From: Thermoplasmatota archaeon
Lineage (GTDB): Archaea > Thermoplasmatota > SW-10-69-26 > JACQPN01 > JAJPHT01
Assembly: GCA_035687045.1 (NCBI GenBank)
Contig: DASRYU010000050.1
Location: 1 to 59,051, forward strand
Reading direction: 5' to 3'
Length of the DNA stretch: 59,051 nucleotides
How positions within the stretch are numbered: position 1 is the stretch's first letter; each line of letters starts with the position of its first letter. The notes beneath the pieces are model-generated. The model searched no databases. It had not been told where the DNA came from and saw only the letters and a program-made list of their open reading frames with translations. This document shows positions 34,421 through 42,921 of this stretch, in pieces. Position numbers and translations under genes: made by a program.

Positions 34421-35413
34421 ATGGGTCGCATGCGGTATCTTGTCACGGGTTGCGCAGGGTTCATCGCCTCACGCGTCGCGCAGCAGCTTCTGGAGCGGGG
34501 GCACGAGGTCGTCGGTGTCGACGACATGAACGACGCTTACGACCCGCGCCTGAAGGAATGGCGCCTCGAGCAGCTCCGCCGGCATGCGAGCTTCCGCTTC
34601 ATGCGAGCTGACGTCGCTGACATCGGCGCGCTCGCAGCCGCCTTCGCCGACGGCCCCGTCGAAGGCGTATACAACCTCGCCGCGCGTGCAGGAGTGCGCC
34701 AGAGCATAGCGGACCCGTGGACCTACCTGCGCACGAACGCCCAGGGGACGCTCAACGTTCTCGAACTCGCGCGGAAGCACGATGTGAACAGGATCGTCAC
34801 CGCGAGCACGTCGAGCCTCTATGGCAAGCACAACCCTCGCCCGTTCCGCGAGAGTGCGGATACGGACCGCCCGCTCTCGCCGTACGCTTCGTCCAAGAAG
34901 GCGGCAGAGAGCTTCTGCGCAAGCTACGCGCACATCTACGGCCTGTCGACCCCCGTCTGCCGCTATTTCACGGTCTACGGCCCCGCCGGCCGGCCCGACA
35001 TGAGCATGTTCCGATTCATCCGCTGGATCAGCGAAGGTGAGCCCATCCTCCTTTACGGCGACGGCTCCCAGGAGCGCGATTTCACCTACGTTGACGACAT
35101 CGCGCGGGGCACGCAACTCGCACTCGAAAAGACGCGCGGCTTCGACGTCTACAATCTTGGTGGCGACCGGCCGGTCCTACTCCGTGACATGATCGGCCTC
35201 ATCGAGAAGCTCGTCGGCAAGCCTGCCAAGCTCGACCAGCGCCCTGCGCACGTCGCCGACGTTCCCGCCACGTGGGCGGATATCACGAGGGCGCGCACAA
35301 AGCTCGGGTGGGAGCCGACGACGAGTTTCGAGGACGGCGTCCGAGCGACGGTCAAGTGGTACCAGATGAACCATGCTCTCGCGTCGAACCTGTCCCTGGG
35401 GGTAGACGCATGA
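34421..35413 (+). CDS. NAD-dependent nucleotide-sugar epimerase (UDP-GlcA / UDP-GlcNAcA 4-epimerase-like, WbpP/TviC-like), ~330 aa
   Basis: - YLVTGCAGFIASRV Rossmann motif.
- YxxxK (YASSKKAAE).
- ATG 34421 or 34430; the ORF track start at 34202 is unlikely.
- ATGA overlap with the next gene. Confidence 0.8.
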   Translation: MGRMRYLVTGCAGFIASRVAQQLLERGHEVVGVDDMNDAYDPRLKEWRLEQLRRHASFRFMRADVADIGALAAAFADGPVEGVYNLAARAGVRQSIADPWTYLRTNAQGTLNVLELARKHDVNRIVTASTSSLYGKHNPRPFRESADTDRPLSPYASSKKAAESFCASYAHIYGLSTPVCRYFTVYGPAGRPDMSMFRFIRWISEGEPILLYGDGSQERDFTYVDDIARGTQLALEKTRGFDVYNLGGDRPVLLRDMIGLIEKLVGKPAKLDQRPAHVADVPATWADITRARTKLGWEPTTSFEDGVRATVKWYQMNHALASNLSLGVDA

Positions 35414-36714
35414 GCCCGCCAGGAACCGTCGCCGTGATTGGCTTGGGCTACGTGGGCCTCCCGCTCGCTGTCGCGTTCGCGCGACACCTTCCGACGATCG
35501 GTTTCGACGTGAACCGCGTACGCGCGGAGGAGCTCACGCGGGGCCTCGACCGCAACGGCGAGGTGACGGAGCACGACCTCCGCCAGCCGATGCTCTCCTT
35601 CACGAGCGACCCGAACGAGCTGCGCCGCGCGGACGTGCTGATCGTCGCCGTGCCGACGCCTGTGGACCGGATGAAGAGCCCCGACCTCTCGTACCTGGAG
35701 TCGGCGAGCCGGATCGCGGGCGCAGCGATCGCGGCGCGTGCGAAGGAGCGACCGGAGGCGCAGCCCGCGATCCTCGTGTACGAATCCACCGTCTTCCCCG
35801 GCTGCACCGAGGAGGTGTGCGCGCCGATCGTGGAGGCGGCGTCGGGCCTGTCCTCCGGCAGGGACTTCAAGCTCGGCTATTCGCCTGAGCGCATCAACCC
35901 TGGGGACGCGGAGCACACGCTCGAACGCGTGGTGAAGGTCGTGGCGGCGCAGGACGCGCCGACGCAGGCGACCCTCACCGCGCTCTACGGCCTCGTCGTG
36001 AAGGCTGGGATTCACGAAGCGCCGGACATCCGCACCGCCGAAGCCGCGAAGGTGATCGAGAACACGCAGCGCGACCTCAATATCGCGCTGATGAACGAGC
36101 TGAGCATGCTCTTCCACAAGCTCGGGATCGACACGCAGGCTGTGCTGGCGGCCGCGCGGACGAAGTGGAACTTCCTGCCGTTCCAGCCCGGTCTTGTCGG
36201 CGGTCACTGCATTCCGGAGGACCCATACTATCTCACGTACAAGGCAGCGCTCGTCGGGCACCACCCTGACGTCATTCTCGCCGGTCGGCGGATCAACGAC
36301 GGCATGGGGATTTACACAGCCCATGAGGCGCTCCGTCTCCTCATTGCTACCGGCGCTCCCGCACGTGGCGCGCGTGTCCTCGTCCTCGGCGTAACGTTCA
36401 AAGAAGACGTGAAGGACACGCGGAACTCGCGCGTCGTTGACATCGTGCGCGAGCTGGAGCGTTTCGGCATGGCCGTGGGCGCACGTGACGAAGTGGCCGG
36501 GGTGGAGGGCGTGCGTGCTCTCGGACTGCAAGACGCTCCGACGGAAGGCCCGCCGGTGGATGTGCTCGTCCTCGCGGTGCCGCATCGCGCCTACAAGGCG
36601 GAAGGGCTTCGCCTCCTGGCCTTGGTCCGAGAGGGCGGCGTCGTCGTGGACGTGAAGGGGGCGCTGGATCGTCGCGCCGTCGAAGCGTCGGGCCGCTCCT
36701 ACTGGCGGCTCTAA
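35410..36714 (+). CDS. UDP-N-acetyl-hexosamine 6-dehydrogenase-like nucleotide-sugar dehydrogenase (WbpO/TviB/WecC-like, 434 aa)
   Basis: VAVIGLGYVGLPLAVAF and the catalytic Cys context GLVGGHCIPEDPYYL. Confidence 0.8.
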   Translation: MSPPGTVAVIGLGYVGLPLAVAFARHLPTIGFDVNRVRAEELTRGLDRNGEVTEHDLRQPMLSFTSDPNELRRADVLIVAVPTPVDRMKSPDLSYLESASRIAGAAIAARAKERPEAQPAILVYESTVFPGCTEEVCAPIVEAASGLSSGRDFKLGYSPERINPGDAEHTLERVVKVVAAQDAPTQATLTALYGLVVKAGIHEAPDIRTAEAAKVIENTQRDLNIALMNELSMLFHKLGIDTQAVLAAARTKWNFLPFQPGLVGGHCIPEDPYYLTYKAALVGHHPDVILAGRRINDGMGIYTAHEALRLLIATGAPARGARVLVLGVTFKEDVKDTRNSRVVDIVRELERFGMAVGARDEVAGVEGVRALGLQDAPTEGPPVDVLVLAVPHRAYKAEGLRLLALVREGGVVVDVKGALDRRAVEASGRSYWRL

Positions 36715-36787
36715 CACGACGGCCAACTCGTGATCGCTCGCCGCAGCCACGTCGAGGAGGAGGGGGCCTTACTCTCCTGTTTCATCC

Positions 36788-37951
36788 TCACATCCGTACG
36801 GCGCGCTCCAAAACAGAACGCGCCGCAACGCCGGCGCGCACGGCGTCCTCCTCACTCATGGTAGGATGGACAAGGAAAGCGAGCGAGGACTCGTGGAGGA
36901 CGCGCGCGACGGGTTGTGCGTTCATCGACCCGAAGCGCTCGAAGGCCTTCTCGCGGTAGATCTCGCCGCAGCTCCCCGAAGCGCATGGCACCTGCTCCGC
37001 CTCCATGCTGGATAGCAAGCGCCCGCGGTCCCATCCGTCAGCGAGGTGCGCAGGATCAAGATAGGCGTAGAGGCGATAGTACGCGTTGCGTGCGCTGGGA
37101 CTAGGAATAGGGACGCGCAGGCCTGGCACTCCCTCGAGCGCCTTGGTGACGGCACGTGCGTTGCGTTGCCGCGCCGCGACCCACGCGGGGAGCTTGCGGA
37201 GCTGGATGCGCCCGATGGCGGCCTGCATCTCCGTCATCCTGTAGTTCGAGCCGAACGACTCGTGCAGCCACCGGAAGCCGGGGGGGTGCTGCCGTGCCAC
37301 TGCGGCCAGCGACTTCCCGTGGTCTTTGAACGACCACATGCGCTCAAAGAGGGCGTCGTCGTCGGTCACCACAAGCCCGCCCTCGCCGCCCGTCGTGATG
37401 ATCTTGTCCTGGCAGAAGGAGAATGCGGCGACGTGGCCGAAGCTGCCGACGGGCTTTCCATCGATCTCCGCCCCGTGCGCTTGCGCGCAGTCCTCAACGA
37501 CCGGGATATCGGTCTCGCGCGAGAGCTCCATGATCGGCGCCATCTCGCACGGCCAGCCGCCGAGATGAACGACGATCATGGCGCGAGTAGCAGGCGTCAG
37601 CGCCGCGCGCAGCGTGTCCGCGGTGACGTTGCCGCTCTCGGCGTCGACGTCGGCGACGACCGGCCGCGCTCCGACGAGCACGGCGGCCGCGGCCGTGGCG
37701 ATGAACGTGCGGCTCGGCACGACAACGTCGTCGCCAGGGCCGACCCCCAGCGCCCGGAGCGCAAGCTCCAGCGCAACGGTGCCGTTCGCGAGGGAGATCG
37801 CGTGGCGCCGCCCGAGGTGGGCCGCGTACTCGCGCTCGAACTCGCGGCACTCGTTGCCCGTCCAGAAGTTGACCTTGCCGGACGACAGGACGCGCTGGAC
37901 CGCCGCAATCTCGTCCTCCTCGAAGACGGGCCAACGAGGGTAAGGGAGCAC
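36788..37951 (-). CDS. DegT/DnrJ/EryC1-family PLP-dependent sugar aminotransferase (387 aa from GTG 37951). Last gene of the operon.
   Basis: - Family pattern ...EFEREYAAHLGRRHAISLANGTVALELALRALGVGPGDDVVVPSRTFIATA...
- Lys-containing SFCQDKIITTGEGG motif.
- The ORF track start (38416) lies inside the upstream gene. Confidence 0.85.
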   Translation of the reverse strand: MLPYPRWPVFEEDEIAAVQRVLSSGKVNFWTGNECREFEREYAAHLGRRHAISLANGTVALELALRALGVGPGDDVVVPSRTFIATAAAAVLVGARPVVADVDAESGNVTADTLRAALTPATRAMIVVHLGGWPCEMAPIMELSRETDIPVVEDCAQAHGAEIDGKPVGSFGHVAAFSFCQDKIITTGGEGGLVVTDDDALFERMWSFKDHGKSLAAVARQHPPGFRWLHESFGSNYRMTEMQAAIGRIQLRKLPAWVAARQRNARAVTKALEGVPGLRVPIPSPSARNAYYRLYAYLDPAHLADGWDRGRLLSSMEAEQVPCASGSCGEIYREKAFERFGSMNAQPVARVLHESSLAFLVHPTMSEEDAVRAGVAARSVLERAVRM

Positions 37952-37973
37952 GGTGCAGGGCACGCGCGGAGGG

Positions 37974-39218
37974 CTACAAGTGCGTTTTCTCGGCGTCCTG
38001 CCGCGGCGCCAGCGCCACAAGGACCCCCGCGAGAACCCAGAACGCCCGGAAGTTCTCGATGTTGGTGAACAGACCCTGGACGAGGGAGGCGATGAAATAG
38101 CAGGAGAGCGCGACCGCGGCGCCCCATTCTCGTTGCGCGAAGGCGCGTAGCTGGAACCCCGCGGAGAGGATGAGCCACGCGCCGGCCGCAAGTCCGAGCA
38201 CGCCGAGCTCTGCGGCCATCGAGAGGTACGTGTTGTGGACGACGGTGGGCGTCCCGACGATGGGCTCCAGGTGAAGAGCGGCTTGACCGATACCTGCGCC
38301 GAGGAGCGGGTATTCAAGAAAGGCCCGCAGCGCCGCCTTCCAGAGCACCATGCGGTGGCCGACGTCCTTCCGCTCCGGCTCCTCACCCTCACCCGGTGTG
38401 ACCTCCTCGACTGCACGCGAGATCCGAGATGCGGGATCCGGAGCGGCCACCACGTACGCTGCCAGCACCAGCAGCGCGACCGACGCCCCCGGAGCGAGCG
38501 TCTTCAGCGCCTTCGTTCGTCGAAACACAAGCGGCAGCGCCGCCACGGCCGCGACAACGACGCCCAAGAGCATCCCTCGCGATGCCGTGGCGACGAGGCC
38601 TGCGAGCAGGATCCCTGCGCATAGTCCCTTCCAGGCGCTCCGGCGCCGCTGGGGAGTGCCATCCATCGCCTCGGTCGCGAGCAGCGCCGCGCAAGCCGCC
38701 GCAAGGAAGTTCGCGAAGAGGTTCGGGTTCGTGAATGTCGTCACAGGACGCGCGTCGCCCGCGAGCGAACGCACGATGGCCCATCCGGCGAGCGCGATCC
38801 CGCCGAACGTGAGGCCTCGGAGCAGCGCGCGCGTCGCGCTGCGATCTCCCCGCAGGAGCGCCCACGTCGCCAGGGCCCAGGCGACCGCGCCGACCAGCTT
38901 GATGAGGTCGACGACGCCGCGGCCGACGTCCAGCACATAGCCCGACGCCACGCCGACCATGAGCGAGAGCGCGGCGGCTCCCAGCAAGGCGAGGACCGGA
39001 CCCACGAGAACCGGTGGCGACGCGCGGAGCTGCCGAGCGATCGAGGCGCTCATGACGACAATGGCGGCAGCGACGAACAAGTCGCCGGCGCTCAAGGTCA
39101 GTCCCCAGCCCCCCGGGGCGACAGCCGTGAAGTGGAGCGGAAGGAGCAGCGCGAGCGCGAGGGCGGCAGGGACGCGCAGAGCGGCAATGTGCGAAGCAAC
39201 GCGCTGGCGCGGCGTCAT
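37974..39218 (-). CDS. Wzy_C-domain (O-antigen ligase/polymerase/PglL-type) polytopic membrane protein (414 aa)
   Basis: About 10 TM segments, with the signature VVHNTYLSMAAELGVLGLAAGAWLI (HN...E.G..G) in a late loop/TM region. Confidence 0.65.
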   Translation of the reverse strand: MTPRQRVASHIAALRVPAALALALLLPLHFTAVAPGGWGLTLSAGDLFVAAAIVVMSASIARQLRASPPVLVGPVLALLGAAALSLMVGVASGYVLDVGRGVVDLIKLVGAVAWALATWALLRGDRSATRALLRGLTFGGIALAGWAIVRSLAGDARPVTTFTNPNLFANFLAAACAALLATEAMDGTPQRRRSAWKGLCAGILLAGLVATASRGMLLGVVVAAVAALPLVFRRTKALKTLAPGASVALLVLAAYVVAAPDPASRISRAVEEVTPGEGEEPERKDVGHRMVLWKAALRAFLEYPLLGAGIGQAALHLEPIVGTPTVVHNTYLSMAAELGVLGLAAGAWLILSAGFQLRAFAQREWGAAVALSCYFIASLVQGLFTNIENFRAFWVLAGVLVALAPRQDAEKTHL

Positions 39219-39835
39219 GGGAGCGGCTCGCGCTCCCGCGCGCCGGTGAACTCAGGCATCGTCGCGTGCCCCTCGGCGCTCACGCCCTTCCGCGAGAAAA
39301 CCAGGAGGGCCGTCCGCCAAAGGATCTTCAGGTCAAGCGCGAAGGAGCGATGGTCCACGTACCACACATCCAGGCGGAAACGGTCCTCCCATCCCAACGC
39401 ATTCCGACCGTGCACGACAGCCCAGCCGGTGAGGCCCGGCCGCACCTCGAGACGCCGCGACTGGAAAGCCGTGTAACGGGGGATGTAGTGGACGTAGAGC
39501 GGTCGCGGTCCCACAAGGCTCATGTCGCCGCGTAGGACGTTCCACAGTTCAGGAAGCTCGTCGAGCGTCGTCCCGCGCAGGAACCGCCCGAAGCGCGTGA
39601 GCCGCGCCTCGTCGGAACGCAGAGCGCCGTCGGGTCCACGCGCGTCCGTCATCGTGCGGAACTTCAGCAGCTCGAAAGGACGTCCGCGAAGCCCCGCGCG
39701 CGTCTGGCGGAACAGCACGGGTGAACCGAGGCGCCAGCGGACGAGGAGCGCGACGACGAGCATGACGGGAAGCGCCAGCACGAGCAGCGCAAGCGACGTG
39801 ACGATGTCGAACAACCGCTTTGCACCGTCGCCCAT
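39215..39835 (-). CDS. Small PglC/WbaP-C-type phosphoglycosyl transferase (Bac_transf family, 206 aa)
   Basis: KRLFDIVTSLALLVLALPVMLVVALLVRWRLGSPVLFRQTRAGLRGRPFELLKFRTM...DELPELWNVLRGDMSLVGPRP. Start at ATG 39835, inside the longer ORF. Confidence 0.85.
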   Translation of the reverse strand: MGDGAKRLFDIVTSLALLVLALPVMLVVALLVRWRLGSPVLFRQTRAGLRGRPFELLKFRTMTDARGPDGALRSDEARLTRFGRFLRGTTLDELPELWNVLRGDMSLVGPRPLYVHYIPRYTAFQSRRLEVRPGLTGWAVVHGRNALGWEDRFRLDVWYVDHRSFALDLKILWRTALLVFSRKGVSAEGHATMPEFTGAREREPLP

Positions 39836-39864
39836 CGCAACCGAGCGAGGCCAGCGCGGGTTTT

Positions 39865-40995
39865 TCAACGTGTCGTAGCGGCGAGGAGCTCGCCATAAAG
39901 TTCCAGCGTCCGGTCGACGACGGACGTGAGGCTGAACTCGTTCTCGACGAGCGCGCGAGCCGCGTCCGAGAACCCGCGCCGCGATGTCGGGTCGCTTGCG
40001 AGCCGCAGGAAGGCCTCCGCGAGCGCGTGCGCGTCGCGCGCGGGCACGAGAAGCCCGGTCGACCCGTGCCGCACGACCTCGCGGCATCCGGCCACGTCCG
40101 TCGCAACAAGCGTCCGCCCCGTCGCTGCGCCCTCCAGGAGGATGCGTGGGAGGCCTTCGCGGTAAGATGGTAGGCAGACGACGTGCGCGCTCGCCAGCAC
40201 TTCCGGCATGTCGTCGCGCTGTCCCCACCACTCGATGTCGCCGTCCGACGTCCAGCGATGAAGCTCGTCCTCCGCGATTGCCGCAGGATTGCCGGGGTCG
40301 AGACCGCCGACGAGGATGAAGCGTGCCTCCGGGAGCTTCGCGCGGACGAGGCGAGCCGCCTCCACGAACTCGCCGATGCCCTTGTCTCGGAGCATCCGCG
40401 CGCCCAGTACGACCGTGAACGGTCCCTCCGGTTCGGGGCATCGGGGGAAGCGCGCGAGGTCAATCCCCGAGCCGCGGATGAGCCGCGTTCGGTCGGCCTT
40501 GACAAGACCCATACGAAGAAACTCTTCGCGGTCATCCGAGTTCTGGAAGACCGTGATCGCGTTGCGATGACGGAACGCGGCGCGGTATCCGACGCGCGCG
40601 ATGGCGCGCGCCGTGCGGGCTCTGCGGGAGTCGTTGATGAACGCGTACCCCAAGCCCGTGATCGTCGACACGCTAGCGGGGACGCTCGCCGCGCGAGCCG
40701 CCAGGCCTCCGTAGAGGCAGGGTTTGATCGTGAAATGGTGGACGAGATCGGGGCGGACCGCCCTGTAGATACGCAGAACCTCCGCGACGGTGGCCGCTTC
40801 GCGCAGCGGATCGGTGCTTTTGCGATCGAGCGGCAGGGGGTGGAACGCGAACTCGCGGATGATCTCGTCCGCTCGTGGTCCGGGAGGCGCGACCACGTGC
40901 ACGTCATACTTGGCTGCCCGGCACGCGCGCGCCAGCGCCATCCTTTGCGGGAAGAACGCAGCGGCCTCATTGACAAAGAGGAGGACGCGGCTCAC
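39865..40995 (-). CDS. GT4-family (GT-B, Glycos_transf_1) glycosyltransferase (376 aa)
   Basis: C-terminal EGLPRILLEGAATGRTLVATDVAGCREVV (ExxxxxxE-type motif). GTG start, in a GTGA overlap with the upstream gene. Confidence 0.75.
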   Translation of the reverse strand: MSRVLLFVNEAAAFFPQRMALARACRAAKYDVHVVAPPGPRADEIIREFAFHPLPLDRKSTDPLREAATVAEVLRIYRAVRPDLVHHFTIKPCLYGGLAARAASVPASVSTITGLGYAFINDSRRARTARAIARVGYRAAFRHRNAITVFQNSDDREEFLRMGLVKADRTRLIRGSGIDLARFPRCPEPEGPFTVVLGARMLRDKGIGEFVEAARLVRAKLPEARFILVGGLDPGNPAAIAEDELHRWTSDGDIEWWGQRDDMPEVLASAHVVCLPSYREGLPRILLEGAATGRTLVATDVAGCREVVRHGSTGLLVPARDAHALAEAFLRLASDPTSRRGFSDAARALVENEFSLTSVVDRTLELYGELLAATTR

Positions 40996-42920
40996 TTCGC
41001 CCGCTCCTGGTGCTCAAGCCACAGCTGGAACATGAGCACGTTCCAGAGGTGATACTGCCAATCGCGCTTCCCCGAGAGGTGCTCGCGCCAGAGACGCGCA
41101 ACCGGCTCCGGACGCAGGTAGCCTTCACGTGCAAGTCGTCCCTCGTCGAGGAGCGCGCTCGCCCAGTCTCGGAGCGGGCCGCGGAGCCACTCGCCGATCG
41201 GAATGCCAAAGCCGGTCTTCGGCCTGTCCACGAGGTGGGCCGGCACGTGCCGGTGAAGGAGGCGACGGAGGATCCGCTTCCCTTGGCCGCCTTTCACGCG
41301 CGCCTCCAGCGGCAACGACCACGCCACCTCGAAGACGCCAGGGTCCAAGAACGGGACGCGGACCTCCAGCGCGTGCGCCATGCTTGCACGGTCCACCTTG
41401 ACGAGGATGTCGTCCGGCAGGTACGTCAGCGTGTCGCGCAGCATCATGCGCTCCGCTAGAGCCAGCTCCTGCTCTTGCGGGAGAAGAGCGTCTGTTTCCG
41501 GGCGCTCGCTCAAGCCGACCACGGCCGTCCACGCCTCTGGCCAACGACGCGCGAAGGTGGCGTAGAACTCGTCCGCGTCCCGGCTGCGGAGCGCGAGGGC
41601 GAGCTTCTGGATCTTTTCGCCGGTGAAGCGGGGTCTACGCCTCTCGGGAAGGAGGCGAGCCAGCGCGTCCCACGTCCCCGGGCGCATCGACAGGAGGCCG
41701 GCGGCCCCTACTTGTCGCAGGGGTCTCGGCAGGCGCGCGGCGGCCTCCCAGAGCGTCGGGCCGTGCACGTGACGGTTGTACCCTCCAAAGAGCTCGTCGC
41801 CGCCGTCGCCAGAGAGGGCGACCGTCACGTGCCGACGCGCCAGCCGAGCCACGAGATAGGTCGGGATCTGCGACGCGTCCGCGAAGGGCTCGTCGTAGAT
41901 GCGCGGAAGCGCGGGAAGGACGGCGAGCGCGTCCTCCGGGGTGACGCGGAACTCCGTGTGCTGGGTGCCAAGGTGCTCCGCCACCGCCCGAGCCGCCTGC
42001 GACTCGTCGTAGTCGGAGTCGTCCCAGCCGATCGTGAAGGTGCGCACGGCAGCCGCGCTCTCGCTCTGCATGATGGACACGATCAAGGACGAGTCGATCC
42101 CGCCAGAGAGGAACGCGCCCAACGGCACGTCCGACTCCATGCGCAGCCGCACTGCGACGCGCAACGCTCGCTCCAGCCGCTCGGCAAGCGCGTCCTCGTC
42201 CATCGCGCGGGAAGCCTGACGCGCCGCGGCCGCCACGGCCTCGGCCGACCAGAAGCGCGTCGGCTCCGAGGGCGCTTCCCCTGGTCTCACGGACAGCCAT
42301 GTCGCCGGGGGAAGCTTGCGGACCACCGGATGAATGGTGCGTGGGGCCGGGATGCAGTCTCGCTCGAGGAGGAGCGCCAGCGACGCCCGGTCGACGCTGC
42401 GGGACAGCAGGCCATGCGCGCGCAGCGCCTTGAGCTCGGAGCCGAAGAGGAACGTGCCATTCTGCACAGCGTAGTAGAGCGGCTTCTCGCCGAATCGGTC
42501 GCGCGCCAGGTAGGCGACCCCTTCCTGCTCGTCCCAGATGGCGAGCGCGAACATCCCGTTGAGCAACGGAAGCGTCTCGACGACCCCGAACCGCTCCACT
42601 GCGGCCAGCAGGACCTCGGTATCGCTGCCGCCGCGGAAGCTGATGCCTTGCGCCTCGAGCTGTGTCCGGAGCTCGCGGAAGTTGTAGATCTCACCGTTGA
42701 ACGAGACCGTGAATCGGCCGCTCGCCGACGCCATCGGCTGGTGGCCGGCGGGGGAGAGATCGATGATTGCGAGCCTCCGGTGGCCGAGCGCCACGCCGGA
42801 GCTTGCCCATGTCCCCGCGGAATCTGGACCGCGGTGGGCAATCGCCAGCGCCATGGCTTCGGCCGCCTTTGGGGATGCGGCGGCAGTGTCGTGGGAGAGG
42901 ATCCCGCAGATGCCGCACAC
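40992..42920 (-). CDS. asnB: Asparagine synthase (glutamine-hydrolysing)-family amidotransferase, copy 2 (642 aa from GTG 42920)
   Basis: - (V/M)CGICGI N-terminal nucleophile Cys2.
- PP-loop SGGIDSS.
- Located in a glycan operon, so sugar amidation is the likely role. Confidence 0.85.
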   Translation of the reverse strand: MCGICGILSHDTAAASPKAAEAMALAIAHRGPDSAGTWASSGVALGHRRLAIIDLSPAGHQPMASASGRFTVSFNGEIYNFRELRTQLEAQGISFRGGSDTEVLLAAVERFGVVETLPLLNGMFALAIWDEQEGVAYLARDRFGEKPLYYAVQNGTFLFGSELKALRAHGLLSRSVDRASLALLLERDCIPAPRTIHPVVRKLPPATWLSVRPGEAPSEPTRFWSAEAVAAAARQASRAMDEDALAERLERALRVAVRLRMESDVPLGAFLSGGIDSSLIVSIMQSESAAAVRTFTIGWDDSDYDESQAARAVAEHLGTQHTEFRVTPEDALAVLPALPRIYDEPFADASQIPTYLVARLARRHVTVALSGDGGDELFGGYNRHVHGPTLWEAAARLPRPLRQVGAAGLLSMRPGTWDALARLLPERRRPRFTGEKIQKLALALRSRDADEFYATFARRWPEAWTAVVGLSERPETDALLPQEQELALAERMMLRDTLTYLPDDILVKVDRASMAHALEVRVPFLDPGVFEVAWSLPLEARVKGGQGKRILRRLLHRHVPAHLVDRPKTGFGIPIGEWLRGPLRDWASALLDEGRLAREGYLRPEPVARLWREHLSGKRDWQYHLWNVLMFQLWLEHQERAK

Positions 42921-42921
42921 G

